A DNA stretch of 64,000 nucleotides. Origin: Takakia lepidozioides (lineage: Eukaryota > Plantae > Bryophyta). A program made the translations under genes and the position numbers. Within the stretch, counting starts at the first letter, position 1, and every line of letters starts with the position of its first letter. Below, piece after piece: positions 13,301 to 27,120 of this stretch. The stretch spans positions 45,694,001 through 45,758,000 of the forward strand of contig CM060734.1 of assembly GCA_030704615.1 (NCBI GenBank), written 5' to 3'. Under the pieces are notes generated by a model. The model saw only the letters and a program-made list of their open reading frames with translations, ran no database searches and was not told the origin of the DNA.

Positions 13301-14294
13301 AGAAATCCTGCTCAATATTCACAAAGGAATCTGGCAAGAGTCTACTCACCTCTACCATTTTGCCCCTGAACACCGATAAAAAGAGGTCATCGAGTACCCC
13401 TGGGCTATAAGTAATCAACTCTTCCTCCTGGATTGTCTCCATCTGCATGCACAATGACACTGCGCATCGTAATATCAAGTAAACAAACAAAACGTAAAAC
13501 TCAAAGATTAATGGTGCTTCCCGAACTAATTCAAACAAAAGGAATACTGAAAGGCTGCAACTAAATGTCTTCCGAAGGAGTGCTGTGTATTTTTATGCTT
13601 TCTTTTGGGAACTTAAGAGTCACTGACAAAGTGTAAACACAGGGGAGGTTGCAGTAGGAATCAAGAGAATGTCTTGCCCTTTCTCGGGAGGTGAAATCTC
13701 TCTGTTGCTTCTATTCAGCGTTGTTCCTGCTGATTGCCCAAGCCTAAAATTTCCGCTCGTCTGCCCTCTAACGGATTGCCAATGAGTATGGGTTGGGTGA
13801 CATTCCCTAGTTGCACTCGATTCTTTACTGTGTTTTCTGGCAGGGGCAGGCAGAGATCTCCTCTACAATATGATGACATTTGCTGCATTGAAAATAGAGC
13901 ACAGAAGGTGTAAATTGAAGGGGTTCTCAAAGGTGAGGCCACCAATTGCTGCGTACACACTCCGTCATTGGGCCTTATTACAAGCACAACCTAACGGAAA
14001 TTCAAGGCACTGTGGGCTTCACACCTCTTGAGAACGGGATGGTTCCGTTGGCAGGATCGACATTCGACCCTCTCCTCTCTGTCTGCTTCTCGCCCGCGCA
14101 TTATACGATGGAAGAAACTTCTGCCCAATGAATCTCTGGCTCCCAACTGAAATCCCTAAACTAAAATTCCGGGTTCTCGGAAATTTACAAGTGGGCTTTA
14201 GTAATGCACTGCGATTCGAGTAGACTGATGCCTGCTGATTACCCAGGGGAGAAATGGGTGGTGACAGGACAGGTGTAAATTCAAGAGCAGACAT
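10306..14294 (-). CDS. D27-like beta-carotene isomerase family protein (plastid-targeted, At4g01995-type)
   Basis: Exons 14294-14025 (Ser/Arg-rich transit peptide), 13442-13350, 13085-12981, 12777-12678, 12162-12071, 11476-11396, 10931-10863, 10614-(10306, or spliced at 10483). Motifs YSPGVLDDLFLSVFRGKMVEEVGWDS.KPGYDGLI, VRILRSLFP, TCQWLMGPC, KCKYLEESKCAGICIHTCKMPTQ, EPNYENFSCQFKFG, PCLAIC. The 3' end is uncertain. Confidence 0.92.
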
Positions 14295-14689
14295 AGCCAA
14301 CAAACAAAACTCGCATAGAAAATCTCAAGCTGAATTCACATGAGACCCGCTGATGACTCTCCCTCTCTCCCTCACTCTCCTCCCTCTCCAAACTAGAGCC
14401 ATAGGGATTTCTTCGGAAATCCAGACCTGGTCCTCCTTGTCCTCTGCAGACCATCTGGACAGTTTTCGTTTAAAAATGGATGAACTGTGAGAAGCCTACG
14501 ACATTCTCATGGATGACCGGCCGGCAGAGGCCCACGTGTTTTCGTAATCCGATTAGATTATTTTGAGAGGGCCCTTTCAGGCATACAGTAGGCCACGAAC
14601 ACACATGACAAGGTAGCGGGATTTGAACCCTGAATCATCTGGGTGGCATCAGTGAACTATAAAACTATGGTTTATTTGGGCGGTTGCGT

Positions 14690-15560
14690 GTATTAGAAAA
14701 AATAATCTACGACCAACAACGGATTTTGGTTGTCGTACATATTTTTAACCAGTAAGCGCCCATACTCTTTTTGGATTTTGGGGACCCACCCTCACACGTC
14801 AGCCTGTAGTTGCCTACCCCTGTTCATCCCGTACAAAGTCATACCTACCTTCCAGATGCCAAATTTGGGGAGATTCCACCCTTTTGTTTGGGAGATTATA
14901 AATTAAAAATAGTGCATTTTTTGGAAAATAAAAATAAAAAACCAAAACTTCATGTTTGACCAAGCAAAAAATTTAATGTTGCAAAAAATTTCTGGGAAAA
15001 AAAATGTCATATTCTAGTGTAGTGTTGCATCCCAAACCCTCACACCAAATTTCAGGTGAATCTGCCAAAAATTTGGGGGGGGGGTGCTTTGTATGTGAAA
15101 TCTAGGGGGGAAATTATCATGGTTTGGCTTTTTACCCAAGTAGAGCCATGACATGATTTTTGTTTTCTAATTCCTCTGGTAAGTAAGTGCACACTAACAT
15201 TACATAGTGCCTTGTCAATAAATAAATAAATGCCTTGTCAAAAAATTTGGCATTTTGATAAAATCTCAGCCGTAGTAGATGTTCTTTTCAAGATTCCTCA
15301 TTTGGCATGCCACGTAGGCAAGTCAACTCTGCATTTACGCTTTGAAAATTTCTAGGGAGTAGAGCTTTTAATATTTCAGGGTGCTTAAAATTTCTCCTTA
15401 ACCCCCTCACTTTATCTTTGGGACCCACCTCCATCCACTCACATCCAAGGGAGGTGGACCCTGATGCATGACTGAAGCGATCCAATTGGGGTCGCTTCGT
15501 TGTTTAGGGGTTAAGTAAAAAACTGCTGAATCTTATTGGTTACACATATTTTTTGTAAAA
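14690..15560. repeat. Putative non-autonomous DNA transposon/MITE-like AT-rich insert
   Basis: Imperfect inverted ends (aaaaaataatctacgaccaacaacggatt vs rc aaaaaatatgtgtaaccaataagatt), internal repeat gggacccacc, no coding signal. Confidence 0.3.
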
Positions 15561-16375
15561 ACTTATGTGCGACTTCCAATATTGGCAGTCACAGCTATTT
15601 TTTTAAGACTTTTAATTTGATATAACTCTCAATATATGACAAATATAGTTTTTTTAAATAATTAATTGTTGGATCAATGTGATATGGCGTTTTTTTAACC
15701 CCTCATATGTATATTTATTTACTATGGAAAAGCACACTGGACATAGATCACGTGAGCGTCAAATATTCTGATACGACCTGATGTGACGGACGTGATGTGT
15801 GTAATTAGGCTGATCATGCATCACAATAGTATACGGAAAATTCCTTCAAGTAACTAGATTGATAAAGTTAGTATACGGAGAAGATGGAGAATAGGTAGGT
15901 ACAGTATCACAAAATAACAGTATGCAATTGAGATGAATGAAACGTTGTAGGTTTTTCTCTTTTTCGGAGCATAAGTATTATTTCCATTAGAAGTTTGAAA
16001 ACCCTAGTGTACACAGCTATAAGGTCGTGTTGCCAATGATGACTTGGGATTGAAGTGGAAGAGCTAGATTCACAGAGCCAAACCACAATTGTATCATCTC
16101 ATCAACCAATTGAGATCAAAAATGGACCGTGAAACAGTAGGAAATCAAAAATACGCCCATCTCTCTTATTCTAACAGAAGAGGATGAAGGAATACGAAAC
16201 AGACGACAGAAACGAGGGCACTTGGTACTACCTTTAGGTTTATTCTTTGGTAGAACACATTTGTAGGATTTCGACACTAGATATGTGTAATGCAGTCACA
16301 AACTGGGTTATTAGATTACTTCTAGGAGTTTGATTGCTAGGCAGGTCAGAGAGTTTTTGCATTACATGTGGAACG

Positions 16376-18187
16376 ATGGCGGGCTCTTGTTCTGCGTTTG
16401 GTGTGGCCTTGGAGACCATGAAGCATGTGAAGACACAAGAAGGGGAGATGCTTACCAAGGAATTTCTGGATGTGTGCCGCAACGTGCTACCCGTCATTGG
16501 TAGGCCCCGTCTTTCCTATAATGTGTTCTTCATAGGCGTGAGTGACAGGCGTGATGTTTGTCATTAGTTCCTCATACTGCAACCCTTGATGATGTGCCGC
16601 AACTTTTTTCTCTGCAGATAAGTTTGGAACTTCTATGGCGATGGTGAAGAATGATGTCGGTGGCAACATAGGGGTAATCTTCTTGCCATACCCTTGGAAT
16701 TCATCAAGATAGAGTCTTGACGAATTTCTTTCAGAGTCTAGATGGTGCTGGAAACTACTCTCTTTTTTACGTGTATGCTGCCTACTCAAATTCATCTAAA
16801 GAATTTTCATCCTTCAAGGGACCGGTAGGATGTTGGATTTGATAATCATTACAGGGCCAATTGAATTGTAATTACTCTTAGGATGCATCTAGTTAACTTT
16901 TTGCCCTGCAATTCTGACGGAAGACTCTGACAGAGATTGGATGCTCATCATGCGTCGGATCCAGTGGGCTGCAATCTGTTATATGACATTGTGAGCAAAG
17001 AAATTGCAGACAAGAAAGCGAAAGAGTCGTCAAGTTGTAGCAATGGTCTGTTATGGTTGACCAGGTGCACAGATCCGCCTAGTGCAATCTTTGTTGCAAT
17101 AATTCAATGAATATATGACTGGATAGCCCTACCAAATCTCCCATGAAGAAACTGTGGAGTGGTTGTGAACACATGCATTTATCCAGTGGGGTGTCCCATT
17201 GAGGGGCTTTGATAGGGGAAAGTGGGCCCCAGTCCATATGGTATCATAAGAACTCTTCTCCTTACACTACCCCTCTCGCACATCTGACATTGTGTCTATG
17301 TCAACAGCAATGAGTGTAAAGGTGACAAACTATAAGATACAACTTTGTTTTTTCATAAATTTCCAATCTAGCCAAGAGACAGACCTCAGCCAATAATACT
17401 ACATCATTATTTCCTGGAAAGACTTCTCCTGATTTGTCGTCCTGAAATGCCTACACATTTCATACATTCTTACTTTACATTGACCAAAGACTTTATTATG
17501 TGCTTTAGGGCTATGGACTTTTTGGTGGAGCTATTTCGTAATCTGCTCTCAAATCCAGACTGGACAATGACACAATGTGCTAGTGCATCCTACATCTCCA
17601 CACTGAAAAAATTCCATGGCTGGATTGCAAGTGCTGCTTTCACAGTAGGTGCAATTAATATAGAGCTGTGTGTGTTTTAGCAGGGCTTAAATAGTAGTAT
17701 CCAACTGTGAATTTTATTCGGATTTAATCCTTATTTTGTTCTCTTTGGGCTATTTTTGTGTCAAGTAGTGGATGAAAGCACATACTTTCATTACAAAGCC
17801 ACTGCAATTTGCAGGTGGCCATGAAGCTTGTTCCGGACAGGAGTAAGTTTGAGGAGCTATTGGGAGGTGGAAACTTGAATGATGACATAAAGAATTTTGT
17901 CACTGGATTTGCACCTATATTACAGGAAATCCACACGTTTTTGGTAAGTTCGTCAAATAAATCAAAGTTTTCAATAAGGGCGGAGCAATTCTTGAAGAGT
18001 TTGGTATTAGTTTGAGACAAGTCTTATGTATGGTGGAGGTATCAACACTTAGATGCTCTCTCGGTTATTATCATGCTTCTAGATAGAATCTCAGAGCATG
18101 GGCATTTCTCTGAGCACTATACTTTTGGCGTGCATTTGGATGATCTTGCAGAGAAGCGTTGCCCTAGATGACATGAAAACGTCGTGA
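16376..18187 (+). CDS. GLTP1: Glycolipid transfer protein
   Basis: Exons 16376-16499, 16618-16673, 16934-17064, 17509-17644, 17815-17943, 18152-18187. Motifs MLTKEFLDVC..VLPVIDKFG..M..VKNDVGGNI.RL, SSSCSNGLLWLTRAMDFLVELFRNL, TLKKFHGWIASAAFTVAMKLVPDR, ..LDDMKTS*. Confidence 0.95.
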
Positions 18188-18479
18188 AGTCACACTACTC
18201 ACAATTAGTTTTTTCTTTATTGTCACCTTCTAATTGAAGATGATAATACGACTTGTATGGACCTCTATTATGTTTTTTCGTACCACCGGCGAGTCGTATT
18301 TATGTTCACCATATCTGTAAGCACAAAATAAACATACATATAATTAGATAACACTTGTTGAAATAAAGTGATTTTTACATTAATGATGATCACAATTTGT
18401 ATATACTTTCAAGAATCGATAAATTTATTTCTTGTATGTCATCGTCACTTTAAACAACGTTTGAAGTCCATCACGCGCT

Positions 18480-18880
18480 GATTCGGACTCTATCTCGCAT
18501 GCTTACAGATGATGACGATTTGATGTGTTACTCGTTAATTGTATAATTTTTATCTAGTGTTTATAGATGTTATTTCTCTTTATCCAATCACAAGTGCAAT
18601 GTGTCCATTCGTTGAGCGCATTACACATAACATACAACATGATGGAACAATTTGAGTTTTGCATTTGAAAACATCTACCATCTTCCGTTGGATATACAAC
18701 ACTAGAGTCCGATATGCTTTTAGCTTTTAAAATTACATTTTCCATGAAACCTTCTGTTCGAGAATTATATACAAACTTGTGGATGTTCAAAATTTTCATG
18801 TTGAACAATGTCTCATCACATCACCTATTAGCTCATAGACAAGCCAATCTATCTTTCAACCGACCAAAATCATTTTAGTT
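18480..18880 (-). mobile_element. MULE-type transposase C-terminal remnant with SWIM zinc finger
   Basis: Degenerate R.DWLVYELIGDVMRH...FVYNSRTE...ILKAKSISD...NEWTHCTCDWIKRNNIYKH (CxC..[C>Y]xH SWIM), with frameshifts. Confidence 0.7.
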
Positions 18881-19629
18881 AAAGAAGGTTGACTATTAAT
18901 TTGTGATGGTGGAACATCTCTAGTCTCCTATATTATACCCGAATCTTTAATAATTGAGTCAATCACAACATTAACATTCATGATCATCTCCTCATGAATA
19001 ACTTTATCATTTGCAAAATTCCACAGTAGTTTCTATATGATGATGAGTTAGGAGTCGATATGGAGAAGCACTAGTGGGATTGACAATAATGGAACTACGA
19101 TGAAAATATTGGGAATACTCAAGAAAATGATGAAAATGGTCGTTTTTGTAAAGATTGGGATAAACAACAAGAACAACAGGGGAACTGTGAAAAAGATAAG
19201 GGTGGTTTTATTGAGGATCAGAACCAAGGAAAATAAATAAATAATCATTTGTAGTAAGAGGCTCGGGTGGCTGCATTGTTGCCTCATTAATTTTAGTGCC
19301 AATACTTGTGTCTTGTCCATCTAGATGTCCAATATCGCAATAATCTAGATAAACATCATTTGGTAAAGAAAAATTATCATCTCTCTTATCATAAACTTGG
19401 AAGTCTTTCCTACACATTTGTCATTTACTGCCTTTCTCGTGTTTTTTCTCTTTCGCACCCTCAGTTAGTCTCCATTTATCATAGTCAACTTGGAGGCATA
19501 CGATACCACAAAGTCATTTTTGTTTTTCTTCCACCTGTACTAATGTTTCAATATATTATGCATTGAATTTCAAATTGATAGGTACATACATACTTAATAT
19601 TTACTACACTTTGGTAAATAATATAAACA

Positions 19630-21044
19630 TCTAAACATCAATAATATACCTCCAACGTTTTCTCTCTTGGTGATGGTATTCGAAGACAACTTGCAATGTC
19701 TATGTACGATAGTAAATTTGTAGACCCATCCACATTTACTTCAAGCATTTGGCATCAATTGTCACTGTAAGGTTCCAAGACGATGAGACTTTTTCAATTT
19801 CTTTAAAGAGATTTATTATGTCAACTTGATTTTGGACTTCTCTCAACATTCGAATTTTGTTGAATCTAAATTTACTATCTCACCAACTTGATAAACCTGC
19901 AACATATCGCCCATTCCCAGTCTTATTGATATAGGGGAGACGTCCGACAAGGAGCTGGACTCCGACTTCGCCTGTGAGTAAGTTCGACCTGTGGATGCTT
20001 GCATTGTTGTCTCAATACCGGGAATCATTGTTCTTAAGGCAAAGTGCACATGGGAGACATCCTCTTCGTTGGACTTGTGCATGACATCATTGTATTCAAA
20101 ATGGGTTTTTGTCGACTTATGCAGGAGTCTGTGTGCTTCCACTGACCCTCCAAGACTATCACACCTTTTTGGACTTCTTTCAAGTCCTCCTCAGTCTTAC
20201 ATGCTGCCCGTCTATGCGGAGGCACTCGCAGCAAGCATGTCCGTTCATGGCACTCGCAGTCCAACCATCGACAATGTTAGAGGGTTGTCTGGGACTTAGA
20301 CAATTTTACGGGTTCTGTTGGGTACCCTTAATTTTGCGCAGACTTACGGATGGTAAGCTCAGACCAACAGAGGCCTTAGGGGTGACAGACACAGGCTTTA
20401 GGGGTGGTAGGCAGGCTCACACAATCAGTAACATTTCTGCCAATAACGACTTCTCCATGAAATATGGTGGTGGTCCCAAGTCCCAAGTCTCATCATGATA
20501 TATGGATTTTACAGAGATAGAGGTACATTGATGCAATGGTAACTACAATCTCTCATTTTCTACACTTCATTAATGTGAGGTGCAAGTAGATTTCACAATT
20601 CACAAGGAGAAGCCATATATACGCAACTACCTGCTTGTTTTAATTAAGAGTGACTCCAAATCTTCACAATAAATAATTTTAAGTGAAAAATAATCATACT
20701 TTTATTTGTTAATAAATCTGGTGCCATAACCCACAATTCAAGTGATTTGGAAATTTGAAAACATTAATTAGGGCTTTAATTTAGATCATCTGTAAGTTTC
20801 GTGCATATTGAGATATACCCACAAACATACATTGAATGTATTAAGATTTTTGCTTTGCTTGAATTTTCTTCTTAAACCTCCACAACTTTAAACCATGTGC
20901 ATTTTGGTACAAGGTCTAAAATTCTCAAATATAGAATATTTTAAGATAATAATGACTTTTTTTTTAATAAACAAATCATGATTTCAAACCTGTGGCTCCC
21001 GGTAGTGATGGGTCAGTGATCCTGGGCTATGTGACAAGCCTAGC
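19630..21044 (-). mobile_element. DNA-transposon-like repeat (longer copy), possibly the terminal part of the MULE remnant
   Basis: Inverted homolog of 8164-9240. Terminus rc gctaggcttgtcacatagcccaggatcactgaccc. Degenerate ORF at 19843-20450 not recognised. Confidence 0.7.
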
Positions 21045-21899
21045 TTTATTTCATTTGTGTATTGAGTGGGCATTTCCAAAGATTGTATAGAAGCAGCCAT
21101 ACATCGATGGTGCAAGGAAATTTCAGAACAATGTAAAATAAATATGCAATAGAATCAAATAAGCGGTCACCAACGTTGTAATTATAATTTTGGACTCATT
21201 ATAGATGCTCACTTTGCAAAATAAAATCTATATCTGTTTAGAAAAATATTTTTTTAATAAATTTTGAAATATTTATAACTAATGTTGGTTTATATTTTAT
21301 GTGGGATTATAAATTTTGAATGGATGAAATTATGAAATGCAAAGTGTATGTAAGAATAAAAATACTTGTATATGTGCTTGAACTCATATGTGGGTTATAC
21401 TCATTTGCAGAAAAATTCTAGTGATAGGCTTAGTTATATAAAAATTGGGGGCGATAAAAATAAGGGGATGTAGTTGAGTTGAACTGAAAAATAATTGGAG
21501 AACCACAACATATACACATGTAAACTGAAAATCATGTAATATATTTTGGTGTAAATGTATTACAATTCTCTTGAGATCAAGAGTCGATAAAGATAAAGAC
21601 TACTTTACAAAACAAATAATTTAAAGCAAGATAATTGCGTCTGCAAAAGTCTTACCACTTAGATCAGTCTAAAATAAAGCAACATAACTTGCATCTCTAA
21701 GAGATCTGAAATATAAGGGACATCCAAAAAAGAAATGGAAGATAACAATATATTAAGCATTATCAAATCCAACAACCTCTGAAACGGGGCTAAGATGAAA
21801 CATTCCAGACAAACGAACTTTGGACACACGACCAACAACAGTAGAATGATCGTCCACATACGCAAGCAATAAGTCAATTTCAGTGAACCGACGATGGCT

Positions 21900-23900
21900 T
21901 GCAGTCATTCTTTTTTTCACTTGACAATCTATTCTTTTAGTATGACAAACAATGGATCTATTGATGCATCATTGTAATGCACAGATATGTGGGTTTTGAC
22001 ATGTGTTGCAAAAATATAAACCGTCCTCAGTCTGAAGGAAAATATCAGGAAAATCATAATTCCCGTAAACACGTTTGAAATGAGATTGAGCTAGATATAA
22101 AACGAGAAGACCCCAGTGACTTGCAGTGCAACCAAAAGAACAAATTAAACATATATAACATACGAAAGCGATTGACAGAATGTTAGAATGAGGACAGAAG
22201 TACAATGGTACAGTCGGAGTAGAATAAAATCGGCCCGTGCACATATCCAGTAGATGTGTCGCCCAACACCTACACATACATGTCATGTCTTCGTCATGTA
22301 GATGTTAAAAAATGAACCTAAATATAATTAAAGAGAACTATTGAAGAAATAAGTAGTTAGTAGTAAATATCTGTCGTGCAACAACTTTGCATATATTCAA
22401 TCCGAGACTTGGTGAACACATCGCTCACAATAATAGATAAAGATGTAATGAGACGGATATCTCCAGTATTAGTAACACCGACATATTTGAACATGGCAGA
22501 TGTTGCTGCTCCAGATCTGAAAGTGGAAGCAAGCCGCTCGTACTCTTAATGAAATGTCGGAGTTAATGTAATATATTTGAGACTTAAATTGAAATAAAAA
22601 ATGAAACATACATAACTATGGAATGAAAGCAATGTAAGAACACTTACAATCTGAATGTCTTCATATTTGACTTCATCCGTCACTTTGAGCTCATACCGGT
22701 TGTCAATTTGACCTCTGACCTCAATGATCATAACCGATATAGTAGCACTCACAAACTTCTCAAAAGTTGTGCAAGAGATGAATCTTGTAATGCTCTCAGT
22801 TGAAAAGAAATTAAATTAAAATGATGATAAGAAGAAGGCAAAGCCTCAATTATGGTGGCTGATGTGTTGCGGATGGCCGCTTCGTTATCCCCTTTGTCCC
22901 ATTTATCTTTTGAACGCAGCCCAAAGTTGTCAATGCGCAAAGCATTGTCTTTCACAAAACTCGATTTATGAGTTTTGATGAGATGACCTGCAAAAGTCAC
23001 TGTAACTGTCTAAAACCATGCTTATGCGTAACATCAACATGTAGAAATGAAAACCCCGAAGAATCATAAGGGAGTTTGTCCGAGTTTCCATATATATTCC
23101 AAACCAGACACTCGAAGCTTGATCTCTCATAGTATTATCCAGTTCGTAAGCAATTGGTTGGAGCAACTGTAAGCAAAGGTTGGATCTTTCTGACCGTCAT
23201 AGCAACACACCAAGTACAAGAAAGAAGAATGAAAAATGCATTGAAATGACGAGACCAAAAAATAGACTTGTACTTTCAGATAGAGTTTGTATAAGTGTGT
23301 GAATTGCAGCTGTACATGACCTTGAAGTGATGGTGGTGGTCCATGTATGTCTTAAGTGCGCCGCTTAACAGGTGAGTTAGTGCGCCAACGTTTGCACGAG
23401 AAAGCAGCATGTTGAGGAAGACGACAATTCAAGTTCCGAAAGATGAAAGCAGAGTCACTTAAGGATTTAAGATGCCAAAAATGAGACTTCTGCATGACAA
23501 GTAAGGACCAATGTTCGTATTCGAAAATGGGCAGAAGTACCGTTTCTATGTTCTGCTCTTTCCTTGGGAACCAAATTTGTGCGAATTGCACTAAAGAACT
23601 GTGTTTTTCATGGCGCCTTTTTATGTGAAGTACCAGACTGGGCCATACCTAAGGACTACAAAGGAAAATGTGGTCCCAAAATCCTGCAGGACGTGTTAGT
23701 TTCAACCAAGTTGTCCACCATGCCATGCAGTCATTTGACATCTTTCCTACCGGATTCTCCAAATGTTCTACATCAGTTAACCTCAATGACGTGTTGTGAG
23801 GATCGCCAAAAAAATGAAGCACATGCTCTCTGTCGGCACAAGCCGCGTCACTGCAAGTCAATTGTATACCTCATGTTAGGATCTTCAATAACACATTTTT
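21900..23900 (-). pseudogene. Transposon-associated degenerate gene with Ulp1/C48 SUMO-protease-like domain
   Basis: IETVLLPIFEYEHWSLLVM (catalytic His motif, ~23500-23550) and a frameshifted Q-x-x-YD-x-G catalytic-Cys-like region at ~23060-23085. Downstream Cys-rich ORF pieces, many stops, AT-rich. Confidence 0.5.
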
Positions 23901-24169
23901 TTGTAAAAATAACATGAAAGAACATGCATGAGACAAGTGTTAAAAGATACTCACCGCGGTTGCTCCATCGTCGCCGTGTCGACAGCGAACCTTTCAACTA
24001 CAAAATTCAATTTAATTGCAAATTTTTTTTTTATGTGTGCAATTTTCTGGGGACGTGGACACTTACGTGTCATATTTTTTACCTTCCCAAAAATTACATT
24101 ACCGACACCTAAAACCGACTTAATTCGACCTGACGTCACTTACGTAGATAACATGGGAAGATTGAAAAA

Positions 24170-24960
24170 ATAGCTTATAAGCTAGAACTGTCATGTGGAT
24201 AGATGATACATGATGTATTGCACTTGAGTATCTTGAGAAAACATGTCTAAGATCCTAGTTATATCTTTCCAAAACTGCCAAAAGCAACGGCATAAGGAGA
24301 AATTGAGGCAAAGTCAGAAGAGGTTCTTAAGACACATGTGAAAAACCTAAGATTTCGCTCATGGAATGAGTATTTGATAAGATGGAAAAGTTATCATATA
24401 GAAGAAGCTACATGGGAAAGAGAATATGAGTTTTGAAGAAATTTTCCTCACTTCAGTATAAAAAACAATACTCCTTTTTGAGAAAAGAAGTGATATAACA
24501 TCTATGGGGTTTCGAACATGTGATAGGTTTGGGATAAAGAGATAAATGAAGCACTGCCATGCAACATGCCAAAAATAAATGGAGTACTATTTAAGTAGAA
24601 AAAAAAAAGTGACAAGATTAGAATTATGAGAGAGAAATGTGTGCAGGGAGCCATATGTGGACGTGTTAGAATAATATATATACCTCTCTCTCAGAGAGGT
24701 TGAGAAGGATATAGAGATCTAGTATATAGTAGGAAAATGATGTCAGTCAATACATTTTGAGATAGATTGATGGAGAGATTGAACATGCGATGACTGATAG
24801 ATTAAAGTGATGCATGGTGAGGCGATTGGGCGGATGTCTGAACAATTTCCAATACTATGCATAGTGTAGAATCCAGATTTGGTATATTGCAGAATCAGTG
24901 AGATAGGACAAGAACTGATAGAGAGAGAGATGAGGATTGTAAATTACAATATCCTTTTCC
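24170..24960 (+). mobile_element. Ty3/Gypsy chromovirus remnant (integrase tail, chromodomain, PPT, probable 3' LTR)
   Basis: IHDVLHLSILRKH, then EEVLKTHVKNLRFRSWNEYLIRWKSYHIEEATWERE..F..NFP (chromodomain). Purine tract gagaaaagaagtga followed by tataaca at ~24493. LTR end approximate. Confidence 0.75.
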
Positions 24961-25259
24961 ATTTACCACGTGAGGATCAAGCATAGTTTAATGTCATTAA
25001 AAAATTAAAAATTAAACATTTATCTGCTAAAGACCCAACAGATATGAGATTTTTGGTCAGATCATTCGACACATAAAGAATTTATGTGAGCTTTATTTTT
25101 CCATTGGCAAGTAGAATGTTTACAATATCTGTGCCCTTCTGGTGTGGCTTTCTCTTCCAATACTTCCTATATGAAATATTGCATGATGAAACTACTTCTC
25201 TAATGATACTCTTCTAGAGCGTTGATGCTCCACTCAAAAAAATTGAGAGGGTCACGTCT

Positions 25260-25378
25260 AGAGAGAGAGAGAGAGATGACTCCGGCCGAGGCCGGCATAA
25301 CTAAGAGCCATTTTGCCTTGCGGCTACTGCCCTCTTTCAATGGTGGGCCCTATAATGCTCGGGCACCCGGCCACGAGT
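25260..25378 (-). mobile_element. Short GC-rich retroelement-like 3' end with hairpin and (TC)n tail (family C)
   Basis: rc ends ...gccggcctcggccggagtca(TC)8. Perfect hairpin ccggc-ctcg-gccgg just before the tail. GC-rich island in AT-rich flank. Confidence 0.4.
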
Positions 25379-25379
25379 G

Positions 25380-26900
25380 AATTTTGTAGTTTTTTGGCAT
25401 TTTTCTAATGTGGATGGGGCAAGGTAGCGGTCATTACAATATGTAAATTCGTTGAAGTGTATAATAAGTTCAGGGGACGTCTAATCATTCTTCACTGGAC
25501 CGTCTTGCTCATTTTCTTGCGCCGCGATGTTGGTGTGAGAATGATGTTGATTGTTGTGTCGGTCACGAGCTCATTTGGTCATTTCTCTTGCCAGTTCGGA
25601 GCAGTTTCTCATCACGTATCCAAGTTCACCACAAAAGTTGCAGGGAAACCATCACATCTTCCATGGTCATTAAAACTCGAATTAAAATTTGAACGGAAGC
25701 CTCCACATCCTAGCTCATAGAGTCGTCTCCCATAAGAGTTGTGGAAAGAACTGTTGGGCATTTTTACCATAAACGCTTCAACATTGTCACTATTGCGGCA
25801 TTAGCTCGGAAATCAACCCTTCTTTCTTCTTGCATAAGGCGAACATACACCTCACCGAAGGTGATGAGTTGCAAATTGCCATTGAAAGTTCCGAGAACTC
25901 CACTATAGCTATCCGGAAGAGTGTTCAACGTTCTTTCCACCAAGTCGTTTTGATGGATCATCTGTCCAATTCCTGTGAGCTTGAATTAGATCTCTTGAAA
26001 TTTTTCTCCAAGTAATATGTTAGATATCCATACTCACAATGTTTAATCAACGTTAATTAGTTTGTCTTTGAGCACATTGAGACAAGGTACATTGTTTGAG
26101 ATCATGTATAGTTTTGCCAATCTTGGCTTGTCATGGTGATGGACGATCCGAAGATGATGAAGAAAATAGGCACACTATGAAATGAACAGTGAAATAGGGT
26201 CTCTTTCTCGGTAGAAAGTTCAAAGAGTTTATGGAAACAAAATAACAAGAAACGAGGGAGAGGAAAAAAAAACTAGGAGGAGCCAAAACCAATCTTAAAA
26301 ATAATAATAATAATAATAATAATAATGAGGTAGTAGGCAAGACAAGAACTTGTTGGAGCTAGGCTCATAGCCAATGACAAGATTTGGTCATCGTATATGA
26401 CCGCTCACTATTCAATACAAACATGAAGAGAAGACCGTGAGGAGCTTAGTTCACGCTCTGCAGTACTATATGCCCACTGAGATTCCTCAACTCTGATACC
26501 ATGTAGACACATTTCAACAACACAAAAGGTGATCAACGTAACTGACACATCAGAGATTAACGAGTAGGTTGAAACTTGATGTACAGTTTGGCCGGAAGCC
26601 ACCGACGTAGACCTACTAATAATCATGACGCTTCAGTTGAACTACAGATCTTCATAAATTGAAAGGTCTGTACTTACAAAACTAACTCTTTGTACATGAT
26701 TGTGGCTAAGGCTTTTCTTTGCCTTCTACTGCAAAGATTAATTTCTCTCTTTTCACCGGGGGTACCGCCATAGGCAAGAGTCCGCATTTCCCTGACATGG
26801 AGTTCAACTTCTTGTCACGAAGCTTTGATCTTACGTCATGAACTTGAGCTGAGTTAGTATACAACCTTAGATCCTCTGAACTGTTACGTCACAAGCAACA
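25380..26900 (-). mobile_element. Ty1/Copia remnant 1 (5' LTR, PBS, gag)
   Basis: PBS rc tggtatcagag (tRNA-iMet) at 26491-26501 next to the LTR edge at 26502. gag-like DLVERTLNTLPDSY...ITFGEVYVRLMQEERR. Outer LTR boundary approximate. Confidence 0.75.
26301..26326. repeat. (TAA)n microsatellite
   Basis: ataataataataataataataataat. Confidence 0.9.
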
Positions 26901-27120
26901 GAGACATGAGATTATACTATAGACACTCTAGTAGTGAGTAAAAATTGTAGGCTCTTAAACCAATACTCTCAACCACCGGATAGACTCAAGAGGGTCCTGG
27001 GTACAACTGGTTGTGAAAGATTTCAATGGATATACAATTGATGTATTCTTATCAGTATTGGAATTTTTAAGAGTTGTCCAACTATTGATCATTGCTTTCC
27101 AACATTTATTTGAATTAAAG

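Noticed and set aside
15999-16006. Telo-box AAACCCTA between divergent D27-like and GLTP genes
   Set aside because: Single short motif, expected by chance; no supporting evidence.
17185-17280. Possible further LINE 3' end in a GLTP intron
   Set aside because: No second copy in the window to support it.
10306-18187. D27-like plus GLTP as a lipid/apocarotenoid gene cluster
   Set aside because: Different compartments and pathways; adjacency alone is not evidence.
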